A model generated the notes under the pieces. The model saw only the letters and a list, made by a program, of their open reading frames with translations. It made no database searches and had not been told where the DNA came from. This document shows positions 18,450 to 27,926 of a stretch of 32,000 nucleotides of DNA, one piece after another. Source of the stretch: Promethearchaeota archaeon (GTDB lineage Archaea; Asgardarchaeota; Lokiarchaeia; Sigyniarchaeales; Promethearchaeaceae); the NCBI GenBank assembly GCA_016933055.1, contig JAFGBS010000009.1, positions 690,001 to 722,000 of the forward strand, read 5' to 3'. The number at the start of each line of letters is the position of its first letter. The stretch's first letter is position 1. Both the position numbers and the translations under genes were made by a program.

Positions 18450-18654
18450 ATCAAATTTGTACACACTACTCTATAAACCACGAGCTACGCTAAAAACCTA
18501 CCCGTGGAATAATTAGGATAGGTTCTGTTAGCATAGGTGTGCTTATAAGCCATAAATTATGGGATATCATCAAGAATTCGCTGGTGATTCCATTAGATAG
18601 ATCTAGTTCGTCAAAAAGGCAGTTTACGATGTGGAAAATTGTGGAATAGATGTT
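18450..18654. repeat. Structured non-coding element, copy 2 (diverged relative of 14103-14362)
   Basis: Carries ctacgctaaaaaccta, tagcataggtgt, ttacgat and ggaatagatgtt in the same order as copy 1. Lies between convergent genes. Confidence 0.6.
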
Positions 18655-18672
18655 GTCTATTTAATTATGCGG

Positions 18673-20850
18673 TTATTTTTTACGATTAAGGATTACATTA
18701 TAGAGATATAATGCTCTAATGAATGGTCCAGTTGCATAAGAGGCAAAATCTACGCTTGTAGAAGTGCTCCAATTTTCCAAAGTACCCCACATGATTTCGT
18801 TTGTTGCTCGATCCTGGTTATGCTGAAAATACATGTAATGAGAATGAAATCCAAAACCTGCTTCGGCATATTTCAGAAATGTACGATCCCAGATAGCCAG
18901 TTCCAATAAACTTTCAATTGCTTGACACAATTCAGATCCTCCAATGACCGGAAATCCCATTGATTTATAGGTGGTTACGGGTAAACCTCCTGTTATAATG
19001 TTATTCTTTATGTCTCGAACCCCAGATCCCCACATATAACTTAGAAGATGCCATGCTGCACTTCGGGCATGATCTAACCATTCATTTTCCTTTGTCAGCT
19101 CATATAATTTGGAAAAACATTTAATACAACCCACTGCAGTAACCAAATCCCCTTGATGATTAGCCGCGTCGGTTTCAAAATATATTCCGTAATACTCTCC
19201 ATCCTCCAATAAATTCAAGCAAGCATGTAATGCAGCCGAACCCGCGTCTTGAATTATATCATCTTTATATATAAACCCCCACCAAAATAGTAGTGTAGCA
19301 GGATAAATACATGCTAAAGTTTTGCGATCCCAAAAGATTTCTCCATCCTCTCTCAACTCTTGATCCCAAAGTCCGTCTTCTCTTTGATATTTCATTAAAA
19401 ATTCTATGGTTAATTGAATTGCACTTCTCAATCTTTTTTTCATTGCATCTATTGAATCTGAAGATGAATGTTCATTGGATAGTTGGAGTAACACTTGGAA
19501 TAAATTATAAGCTATTTGACCCGAAAAAGGAGGAGAAACCACCAATAGTTCGTATTTTTTAAAAGCTCCGGGATTATTTATTTCACGAAAAAAAATCAAG
19601 AAATTTTCTACAAGGAAATGCCATACACCATTTTTTAACTGGTCTTTTATGGGGGGTAAGTTCCATAGAACTTTCCTACCTTTTTTATCCCGCTCAATTG
19701 GAAAGAAACCTGTAAATCCTTTTTTCGGATCTTGGATTCTTCCCGTGGTCCAGTAATCAAGTTCTTCATTATACGTATCTAAATAAGCCCCTGCTATAGG
19801 TCCTGTTTGAATTAACGAATCATCAAGGAGTGGTGGGAGAAATTCTTTTGAGAGAATGTTGAGATATTTTCCATCTTTCATCCACGAATACAAAGCCATG
19901 GTTCCTGTAATATATCCTAAGGAAAAACAATTCCCAATTGTTGTTAATCCCATTTTATCATATATATATCCCTTATTCTTATCTGATATGCAGTTGATGA
20001 AACTGGAGGGCATTTTTCCAGACTTAGATTCTAATAGGAAATGTTCATACAAAGTGTTAAATGAAAGTATTGCCTCTGTCTTTAAATTATCTTGATATTT
20101 GATTGGGAGAGGATCCATGGGAAGTATATTGAGAAGTTTTTCTTTTATAGGAGTCACAAAATCACCTCGACCGGCGATAATACAGAATTTAGTTTGCTTT
20201 TTCACCTTAATTTTTTGAGAAAGCAAGACTTCATTCGCATTAAATTTTGCACGGAAATTTTGAATTTCTGGCTGATTTAACCCAATTATGCCAGAATAAA
20301 GAGCCCCCGAATGAATTGTCCATACTTGCCCAAAAGCTCCCGTTGGAGGCACTTTAAGTGAAAAATTTTGAGGATTTTCCACTTTTCGATATTTATTTCC
20401 TGATAAATTGATGTAATCATATTGATTGGAATTAAAGAAATTTATTTGAATTATTAGGATTAAATTTCGGTTAGAAAAATTTCCTTGAAAGTCAGAGTTA
20501 ATATATATTACAGGAGAATTATCTTTTATCATTAGTAAAAGATCCACGCCATTAGTAAGAGTAACTTTAAGTTCATAATCGCCATTAGATTTTCTCACTG
20601 TTGAGTAGGAAAGTACTTTTAACTTTTTATGACCCAGTTTCATTGAAATTTGAGTTATTGCTGATACCCGTTCATTCTCTCGTTTAATTTGAATACTTCC
20701 GATTTTTCCTTCTGATTCCGTATCATGCTCAAACAGAAATATATTGTTCTCAATCGCACTTCTCATAGCTAATGATTGTAAATACGTTCCTAATAAATCC
20801 TTAATTTTATCCTCAAGAATTAAAAGGAAGAAAATCGTTGAAGTATCCAA
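18673..20850 (-). CDS. Hypothetical protein with a beta-rich N-terminus and a probable (alpha/alpha)6 six-hairpin glycosidase-like C-terminus
   Basis: Repeated helical hairpin patterns (FLMKYQREDGLW, LYELTKENEWLDHA, GGLP). Start uncertain: TTG at 20850 or ATG at 20766. Confidence 0.6.
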   Translation of the reverse strand: MDTSTIFFLLILEDKIKDLLGTYLQSLAMRSAIENNIFLFEHDTESEGKIGSIQIKRENERVSAITQISMKLGHKKLKVLSYSTVRKSNGDYELKVTLTNGVDLLLMIKDNSPVIYINSDFQGNFSNRNLILIIQINFFNSNQYDYINLSGNKYRKVENPQNFSLKVPPTGAFGQVWTIHSGALYSGIIGLNQPEIQNFRAKFNANEVLLSQKIKVKKQTKFCIIAGRGDFVTPIKEKLLNILPMDPLPIKYQDNLKTEAILSFNTLYEHFLLESKSGKMPSSFINCISDKNKGYIYDKMGLTTIGNCFSLGYITGTMALYSWMKDGKYLNILSKEFLPPLLDDSLIQTGPIAGAYLDTYNEELDYWTTGRIQDPKKGFTGFFPIERDKKGRKVLWNLPPIKDQLKNGVWHFLVENFLIFFREINNPGAFKKYELLVVSPPFSGQIAYNLFQVLLQLSNEHSSSDSIDAMKKRLRSAIQLTIEFLMKYQREDGLWDQELREDGEIFWDRKTLACIYPATLLFWWGFIYKDDIIQDAGSAALHACLNLLEDGEYYGIYFETDAANHQGDLVTAVGCIKCFSKLYELTKENEWLDHARSAAWHLLSYMWGSGVRDIKNNIITGGLPVTTYKSMGFPVIGGSELCQAIESLLELAIWDRTFLKYAEAGFGFHSHYMYFQHNQDRATNEIMWGTLENWSTSTSVDFASYATGPFIRALYLYNVILNRKK

Positions 20851-20975
20851 TTAGTAGCGTATGTATATACTATTTTATTTAAAGTTGAGAAGGAAACTGA
20901 GTAAAGAAATATTCTTTCAATAATCAGATGGGTTAGGTGTTATTTTCCTTAGCTTATTTTTTCCTTTTAGTTTGT

Positions 20976-22457
20976 TTACGAAATAACCATTTGAACAATA
21001 TGATCCAATTCTATTCGATATGGTAAGATGCATTCCTTTAGAACGAATACAGCTCTAATCGATTCTTCAAATTCATACTTTTTAGGGATTGAGATATTTA
21101 TGATCTCTATTTCTTTAAAAGTTCGCCCCTTAAATTCTGCTGAAACAAGATCTAAAAAGTTAGTGTATGTTCGAGTTTCTTCAACGTAACTATATCCCTC
21201 TTTGATAACTAAATCTGGGTGTTTAGCCTTAAATTTTTCAAAATTCCGTTGTCGGTCTGTCTTAGGACCTCTCCTCATGTAGGTATCCGAAATATGGAAT
21301 TTTGATGTATAAAACGCAATACAAAACCGTTTTTTTATTGCATCAAAATAGATTGAATATTCCACAGAAGGAAACCTTTCAGAATGGTCAAATTCTTTAC
21401 TAGCAACGTTTTTTACAGATTCTGCAATCGAATATAGTTTATCACGAATTTTTGTATAGTGGGAATCTGAAATCTGCACGTTTTCAATTACAACGTAATG
21501 GGAATTTATTTCTTTACTTTCAGGATTTATCTCAGAAAGGGGATCGTTCATAAAAAAAGAATCTATGGAAGGATTTTTTAGGAAACTCTCAATCTTCTTC
21601 GAACAATATATCCATGCTCTTTCTGATATCGATGCTGCCACATTGCGCATTTTATCTGTGGGGTCCATAATCAACAGAAAATCGTTCTGGAAACGGGGAA
21701 CCTTCCGTAATTTATCTGTAGAACGATTAAAAAAATCGACAGATATGTATGGTAAGGTGTGAAAATTTCTAAATATATTCCAGATGCTACCAAAATAACA
21801 TATTAATAGCTCAGCTGCATATCCGATAAATCCCCCCCGCGCAATAGGGGCTTTGTCTCCGTAGGAATAGTTGTTTTTAAAAAATGCTTTTAAAATTCTA
21901 ACATCATCTAATTGAGTAGAACCAAGATTTTTTTGAATAAATTCACTGTGATAAAAAGTCCGATCAACTGCAGTGATAGGTCCTTTCTTTTGTATATAAT
22001 TTTCTGGTAGAAAAAAGGAAAACACGATATCCACCTCATAACCCTCAGTTCGAGTGGAAACATATGGATGTTCTGCGTAAGCAATATAAACTTCTTCAAA
22101 ATCATCAGCTTTTAAAGCGGGAATCACCCATTGGTCACAAAGTCTTCGGAAAAGAGCACTAATTTTTGTCCGATTTTTCGCATCTTGTTCAATGACCTCT
22201 TCGTAGTCCTTGGGATTCAAAAAAATAAACAGATCAATATCAGAATCATGACGTAAATGGGTCTGCTTAATACCAGTAGATCCTTGGGCTGAAATAAAAT
22301 CAAACCTAAAATTATGATGATACTTGTTATAATTCTTCAAAATTTCTTTAATTTGAGACAAGATCCTTTTAATTTTCTGGTTTTCTTGATCAGTCGGTTG
22401 AATCTGATCTAATATTTCAGAACGAATTGAACTAAGCATCTTGTCCAAATTCATCAC
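20976..22457 (-). CDS. cca: Archaeal class I CCA-adding enzyme
   Basis: GS...THLR.DSDIDLF nucleotidyltransferase motif, YAEHPYV, AVDRT..H, GGF.GY..ELL and DP.D..RNVAAS. Confidence 0.95.
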   Translation of the reverse strand: MMNLDKMLSSIRSEILDQIQPTDQENQKIKRILSQIKEILKNYNKYHHNFRFDFISAQGSTGIKQTHLRHDSDIDLFIFLNPKDYEEVIEQDAKNRTKISALFRRLCDQWVIPALKADDFEEVYIAYAEHPYVSTRTEGYEVDIVFSFFLPENYIQKKGPITAVDRTFYHSEFIQKNLGSTQLDDVRILKAFFKNNYSYGDKAPIARGGFIGYAAELLICYFGSIWNIFRNFHTLPYISVDFFNRSTDKLRKVPRFQNDFLLIMDPTDKMRNVAASISERAWIYCSKKIESFLKNPSIDSFFMNDPLSEINPESKEINSHYVVIENVQISDSHYTKIRDKLYSIAESVKNVASKEFDHSERFPSVEYSIYFDAIKKRFCIAFYTSKFHISDTYMRRGPKTDRQRNFEKFKAKHPDLVIKEGYSYVEETRTYTNFLDLVSAEFKGRTFKEIEIINISIPKKYEFEESIRAVFVLKECILPYRIELDHIVQMVIS

Positions 22458-23215
22458 TTTTGTGGAGCCTTAAAAGCATCCAATAAAATATCTAAATTGC
22501 CCTCACGATGCATTTTTTCACGATGTAAAATTGGCACAAGCACTCGATTCTCTCCCAAGTCTTTGTCTTTTTCGATCATAAAATCTAAACAGGCCACTTT
22601 TCCATCCTTAATAAATAAACGCGTGGACATGTCTTCCAAAAAGTAAAATCCGTTGGGTAATGTACCTATTTTTTTGAGGGCTGTCTTCTCTTTCGATTCC
22701 GTAATAAATTTCTGAATTTCGATGTCTTCGTGATACATACTCCCTGTTATTAGAGACATATGCCGTATAAAACCAGGAGGATTTTCAAATTCTAATACTT
22801 CGGGGATTATTTCTTTAGCAATCAATCCACTGTGAACGCATGTTTCAAGGCCCCTACTTCCCATATAGGTCAAAACTTGGATTTTTTCCCCTATTTTCTG
22901 TTTTATACTCAACTCGGGTGCTAATCCAGATTTTACTATTGCATCCATAACTTCTCGATAAATCTCACTTTCCCTATGAAATTTATTCAAATCATTCGAG
23001 TGATATACCTTTAGGTGAATTCGCATGTCATTTTGTAAAACTGCTCCATAAATCTGTAATAATAGGGGCGATTTGTGTCCTTTATAAATCCATATCACTT
23101 TCTTGTTATCATCAACAATTAGATATACGCCATCTTCCCTAAGATTCTCACTCACTAAATTTTGTGCCTTTACTGCTTTAGCCTGAAGCTCTTGTGTAAT
23201 CGTAAACAACTGCAT
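22454..23215 (-). CDS. Single gelsolin-like domain plus C-terminal extension (Asgard 1DGelX-like)
   Basis: L...VYLIVDD..KVIWIYKG..S gelsolin-type strand pattern. The C-terminal block (PPGFIRHM...LPNGFYFLEDM..RLFI.DGKV..LDF) resembles, from memory, the X domain of Loki 1DGelX proteins. Confidence 0.65.
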   Translation of the reverse strand: MQLFTITQELQAKAVKAQNLVSENLREDGVYLIVDDNKKVIWIYKGHKSPLLLQIYGAVLQNDMRIHLKVYHSNDLNKFHRESEIYREVMDAIVKSGLAPELSIKQKIGEKIQVLTYMGSRGLETCVHSGLIAKEIIPEVLEFENPPGFIRHMSLITGSMYHEDIEIQKFITESKEKTALKKIGTLPNGFYFLEDMSTRLFIKDGKVACLDFMIEKDKDLGENRVLVPILHREKMHREGNLDILLDAFKAPQK

Positions 23216-23325
23216 GTATGCGGTCTCCCCATGATTCGTAATATCTCGATAATATCTTGAAATATTATCGTTGTCTAATAAAATAAATATAATAACTCAA
23301 TATATAATAATCGCGTGGTATTAGC

Positions 23326-23571
23326 ATGGGAAATGTGATTTTTCAGATAAACGGGGAGCAGTACAAGATTATCAATAAAAGTAATTTGATAATTAAACCC
23401 GAATTGATGAAAAAAGTGGAAGATTTCGTTGAATTTTCAAATTTTATACGAGATAAAACAGAAAATCAATCAGAAGAAGTATTGCAAGCATTGTCAGGTG
23501 CAATTTTAGATCCCTATGTATTGAAAATAACTCTCAATTTGGATAGTCGAATCATAGAATTAGATGCGTAA
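23326..23571 (+). CDS. Hypothetical protein, 81 aa
   Basis: Clean ORF with an AT-rich TATA-like upstream region. No family recognised. Confidence 0.55.
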   Translation: MGNVIFQINGEQYKIINKSNLIIKPELMKKVEDFVEFSNFIRDKTENQSEEVLQALSGAILDPYVLKITLNLDSRIIELDA

Positions 23572-23625
23572 ATATAGTGAACTGTCGCAATGTCTTAATT
23601 TTATGCAGTATTTTAACTTATATAC

Positions 23626-25041
23626 ATGATTGATGTTTTATTAATTAATCCACGCACAGAAGCGAGTTCCGTACAGAATTATGATAGAGAACCTCCCACC
23701 GGATTAATGATCTTAGCTGCTATTCTCGATAAACAAGGATACTTAGTCGAAATTATGGATTGTTCAGTTGTACAAAACGCATTTGAATACTTACGCTCTA
23801 ATGCGATAAATTTTCGGATGATAGGACTGACATGTCTAACCAATACATACTATCAAGCAGTACAATTAGCGAAAACCGCTAAGAGATATAACCCATCTAG
23901 CTATATTATCATGGGTGGTGCACATGTTTCTTTTCAATATGAAGAAGCTTTCGAAGATATGCCATTTTTAGATGCGATCTGCATTGGGGAGTCTGAGATC
24001 TCCTTTCCATATTTAGTAAATTTATTTCTCGGACAATCATCTTATGAATTTCTATATGATCAATCTGAAATATCAGAGACTAAAAATGATCCGGGAAAGT
24101 CTCGAAAATTACTAAATACAGCAACAGATTTACCCAAAGGTATCATATATCCTTCATCAGTCAAACTTGACAGTTTTACTAAAGCCATCTTGGGAATAGA
24201 GGTCTATGATGGTTCTTCACAAAAAACATCTCTTTCTATTTATCAATTTCCAGATCCTGTCAATATTAAAAAAGTTCCACTTCCTGCCAGACATCTAATT
24301 AATGCCTATCATGTAGCTGATGTGATAATCAATCGAGGATGTCCAAATAATTGTTCATTTTGCTCAAGGACAAAATTATTTCCTACCGTTAGAATTAGAG
24401 AAATCTCAGATATTATGGCGGAGTTAGATCATATATTGAGTATTCCCAGCTATCAATTTGTCAATTTTTATGACAATATCAATCTAAGTACTTCATTTTT
24501 TCATGATTTTTTAGATGCATTGATTGAACGGAGATTTAGACTTCCATGGGGTGCTGAATTACGTGCTGATAAATTGGTAGAACGGCAAGTAGATAAGATG
24601 AATCAAAGTAATTGTAAAATCATTGCTACGGGTGTAGAATCAGCTGCTCCTGAAGTTTTACAGCTAAATGTAAAAAACCAAGATCCCCAAAAAGTCGCAG
24701 AAGGCATAAAATTGTTGAAAAAGTATGGCATTGCCGTTCAAGCATATTTTGTTGTAGGTTTACCAGGAGAAACCACGGAAACATTTGAAAAAACTCTGGA
24801 TTATATTCGTGAACTTCCATTACAAGAGGAAATTGATAAGATTGAATTTTTCCCAGCAACGCCATATCCCGGATCAGATCTTTTTACCAAGAGGAAGGAT
24901 TTTGGATTAAAAATACTTACAAAAAACTACAATATGTACAATTGTAAAGAAATAATTATGGAGACTAAGACTCTTAGCTATAAAGAAATATCCATAATGA
25001 TGGATTCAGCAAAATCCTTAAAAAAACGACTTAATTTATAA
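23626..25041 (+). CDS. Cobalamin-binding radical SAM protein
   Basis: N-terminal B12-binding pattern (PPTGLMILAA...GGAH), CPNNCSFC, F.DN, GVES and YFVVGLPGET...PYPGS. Confidence 0.92.
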   Translation: MIDVLLINPRTEASSVQNYDREPPTGLMILAAILDKQGYLVEIMDCSVVQNAFEYLRSNAINFRMIGLTCLTNTYYQAVQLAKTAKRYNPSSYIIMGGAHVSFQYEEAFEDMPFLDAICIGESEISFPYLVNLFLGQSSYEFLYDQSEISETKNDPGKSRKLLNTATDLPKGIIYPSSVKLDSFTKAILGIEVYDGSSQKTSLSIYQFPDPVNIKKVPLPARHLINAYHVADVIINRGCPNNCSFCSRTKLFPTVRIREISDIMAELDHILSIPSYQFVNFYDNINLSTSFFHDFLDALIERRFRLPWGAELRADKLVERQVDKMNQSNCKIIATGVESAAPEVLQLNVKNQDPQKVAEGIKLLKKYGIAVQAYFVVGLPGETTETFEKTLDYIRELPLQEEIDKIEFFPATPYPGSDLFTKRKDFGLKILTKNYNMYNCKEIIMETKTLSYKEISIMMDSAKSLKKRLNL

Positions 25042-25136
25042 CTTAACCGGGCTTTATCTGTATCGTCGCCGTAAACTTGAAAAAGAAAGATTGCTGTTAT
25101 CAATACGCATAAATTATGAACTAATAGGGTGAAATC

Positions 25137-25727
25137 ATGAAAGAAGACCTTCTCCCCGAAATTAAGAATGGATTTTCGTTTTCTTGTCAAAAATGTGGAA
25201 GATGTTGTCAAGGCTATGGAGAAGGATTCGTGTTTCTCTACGATAAAGAACTGCTTAAAATCGCAAAAAGACTTAAAATTTCCGTGCAAGAGTGTGTAAC
25301 AAAATACGTTGATGTCATAAACACTGAATACAAAATCCGAAATAGGAAACTGCAACCAACAAAAAAGAAAATATTTTTAAAATCTCTTGTATTGAAACAA
25401 GACTCAAAAGATGGTTCTTGCATATTTTTGAACCCTAAAACTCATTTATGCCAAATATATGGTGCAAGACCTTTTCAATGTCGCTCATGGCCTATGTGGC
25501 ATCCATTAATGACCGATAAAACAGAATTACGAGAAGCGCAAGAAAAATGCTCAGGATTTCAGTCTAAGGATGGCTTTATCTCACGATCTCAAATTCTCAA
25601 TAGTCTAGAAGCGGAATTAAAAATTGAGTATACATTTGTAAAAACTATGAGGAAAAACGGGAACGATATTCGAAAGACATTCAAATTCTTAAAAAATACT
25701 CAATTTACAGATAATATTGCCGTGTGA
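25137..25727 (+). CDS. YkgJ-family cysteine-cluster (Fe-S/Zn) protein
   Basis: FSCQKCGRCC...CIFL...LCQIYGARPFQCRSWP...C.G. Confidence 0.9.
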   Translation: MKEDLLPEIKNGFSFSCQKCGRCCQGYGEGFVFLYDKELLKIAKRLKISVQECVTKYVDVINTEYKIRNRKLQPTKKKIFLKSLVLKQDSKDGSCIFLNPKTHLCQIYGARPFQCRSWPMWHPLMTDKTELREAQEKCSGFQSKDGFISRSQILNSLEAELKIEYTFVKTMRKNGNDIRKTFKFLKNTQFTDNIAV

Positions 25728-25864
25728 GGGGTGGTTTTTGCCTCATAATTATACATTAACAAAAAACCACCAAAATTGTGATTCCATTAAGATATATTAA
25801 ATAATGACCAACGACAGAAAATATAAGTGTAACACGACAAATCGTGAATTAGGAGGAAAATTCA

Positions 25865-26533
25865 ATCATCAGTGATAAAAAATCTTCTCCCTTTGATGAC
25901 CTTGCGGAAAGATATGACCGATGGTTTACCAAAGAGGGGAAGATTATATACGCAATCGAGCTACTTGCTTTTAAATCCATAGTCCAGCAGTTACCAAGAC
26001 CATGGCTTGAGATAGGGGTAGGTAGTGGTCGTTTTGCCCAAGCCTTGGGGATACCTACGGGTATAGACCCCTCCACTAAATTGCTTAAGATGGCTAAGAA
26101 TCGAGGAATAAATGTGCAATATGGTAAGGGTGAGGATAAAATATTTCCTAAATCTTCGTTTGGGACAATTTTTCTCATCGTAACTCTCTGCTTTCTTAGT
26201 TCACCTAAGAAAACTTTTACCGAAATTCACCGAATCCTTCATCCGGACGGAAAGGTTGTCATTGGTCTGGTAACATTAGAAAGTGCTTGGGGACAGTTGT
26301 ATGAGAAACAAAAAAGAAAAGGGCATCCATTCTATAGTTATGCAAATTTTTTTACATATGACGAAATCTTAGAGATTTTGCGAGAAACGGGATTTATAAT
26401 TGACAAGACTACATTAACACTATTCCAAAAACCGAATAATGTGGTGAATATAGAATACCCGCGTGAAGGTTATCATTCGGATGCTGGTTTTACGATAATT
26501 GTTGCTAAAAAACAAAACTTGACTAAATCGTAG
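25865..26533 (+). CDS. Class I SAM-dependent methyltransferase; the reading frame extends upstream of the ORF-track start
   Basis: In frame upstream of 26045: SPFDDLAERYDRWF...WLEIGVGSGRFA (SAM motif I), then GIDPS, LCF and L.PDG. No in-frame ATG/GTG/TTG between the stop at 25850 and 26045. The start given is the ATC after AGGAGG and is tentative. Confidence 0.8.
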   Translation: MISDKKSSPFDDLAERYDRWFTKEGKIIYAIELLAFKSIVQQLPRPWLEIGVGSGRFAQALGIPTGIDPSTKLLKMAKNRGINVQYGKGEDKIFPKSSFGTIFLIVTLCFLSSPKKTFTEIHRILHPDGKVVIGLVTLESAWGQLYEKQKRKGHPFYSYANFFTYDEILEILRETGFIIDKTTLTLFQKPNNVVNIEYPREGYHSDAGFTIIVAKKQNLTKS

Positions 26534-26678
26534 ACATTAAAGCAAGATTACATACTTTCTAGATACAGATTTCAAATACTGCTTAATAGTACCCAAATAA
26601 TACAGATTACTATTTTTCAACAATATTTAATACACTATAGCGACTTGGTTTACATGTACTCAGACAAGATGGATTAAC

Positions 26679-27926
26679 ATGCCGAAATACGATTTTTTCA
26701 TTGGAGAAGCTTTACTTGGTGAAGGTGTGGATGTAGCGCACGTAGACTTGATGATCGGTTCAAAAGCAGGACCCGTAGGCAGTGCCTTCGCAAATTCTCT
26801 CTCACAATTGTCCCAAGGTCACACACCTTTGTTAGCATGCATTCGACCCAATCTCATAACTAAACCAGCAACTGTGATCATTCCAAAAGTAACATTGAAG
26901 ACACTAGAAGACACAGATAAAATATTTGGTCCTGCTCAAACAGCAGTCGCCCGAGCAGTAGCAGATTCTCTTGAAGAAGGAATTATTCCCGTAGACAAAG
27001 TAGATGATTGGGTTATATGTGCATCTGTATTTATACATCCCAAAGCAGAAGATTACCGAAAAATCTATAATTATAATTATGGAGCAACAAAACTAGCCAT
27101 TCGTCGTGCACTGAAGAAATCTCCCTCGGTGGAAAAATTGTTTTATGATAAGGATCGTGCTAAACATCCGATTGCAAAAATTCGTGTCCCCCGATTATGG
27201 AGACCTCCTTATTTGCAAATTGCACTAGATCAACCCTCTTATCCCTATCACGAAAAATTACTCAAGCAAATTCCTACTTCCGATCGTATCATCCTAGAAG
27301 TAGGCACTCCCTTACTAAAAAAGGAGGGAATTGGAGTTGTGAAAAGATTAAGGGAGATCGTACCAGAAGCGTTTATAGTTGCAGATCTAAAAACTTTGGA
27401 TGTTGGTAAATTAGAAGTTGATTTTGCATTTGATTCCACAGCAGATGCGGCTGTATGTTCAGGTCTAGCCTCACCGGATAGTATAAATAAATTCATTATG
27501 GAAGCTCAAAGATTGGGGATCTATGCTTTTTTGGATATGATGGAAGTAAACAATGTTACTGCAAAACTCAATAAGCTCAAGGAGATTCCCGATGTTATAA
27601 TTCTTCATAAAGGTATCGATACAGAAGCGACCAAAGAAGATCCTAAGCAACGATGGGCAGCTATTCCAGAAATTAAGGAACATTATAAAAGTAAAAAATA
27701 CATTAGTGGAAAAGATCGTGTATTAATTGCAGTTGCGGGAGGAATAACGGATCTAACAGGAAAGTATGCGCTTGAGATGGGAGCAGATATTTTGATTGTC
27801 GGTCGATATATCACCAGTGCAAAAGACCCAAAACGAGCTGTGCGCAATCTCTTAAATATAATACCTGGAGATAGTGACATTGATCTGAAACGAGTTCATT
27901 CTGACGACGACGAAAAAAATGGGTAA
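26679..27926 (+). CDS. fae-hps: Bifunctional formaldehyde-activating enzyme / 3-hexulose-6-phosphate synthase
   Basis: Fae: IGEAL.GEG...AHVDLMIG, GHTPLLA, GPAQ.AVARAVAD. Hps: LQIALD, LEVGTPL.K.EG, ADLKTLD.G, AVAGG, VGRYIT. Confidence 0.95.
   Translation: MPKYDFFIGEALLGEGVDVAHVDLMIGSKAGPVGSAFANSLSQLSQGHTPLLACIRPNLITKPATVIIPKVTLKTLEDTDKIFGPAQTAVARAVADSLEEGIIPVDKVDDWVICASVFIHPKAEDYRKIYNYNYGATKLAIRRALKKSPSVEKLFYDKDRAKHPIAKIRVPRLWRPPYLQIALDQPSYPYHEKLLKQIPTSDRIILEVGTPLLKKEGIGVVKRLREIVPEAFIVADLKTLDVGKLEVDFAFDSTADAAVCSGLASPDSINKFIMEAQRLGIYAFLDMMEVNNVTAKLNKLKEIPDVIILHKGIDTEATKEDPKQRWAAIPEIKEHYKSKKYISGKDRVLIAVAGGITDLTGKYALEMGADILIVGRYITSAKDPKRAVRNLLNIIPGDSDIDLKRVHSDDDEKNG

Noticed and set aside
18650-18672. 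ATG at the element 3' end as the start of an iscB/isrB remnant (M-x-V-Y-L)
   Set aside because: It requires an assumed frameshift, covers only about 6 codons, and copy 1 does not show it.
25849-26178. 109-aa minus-strand ORF
   Set aside because: Antisense shadow of the extended methyltransferase frame, which carries the conserved motifs.
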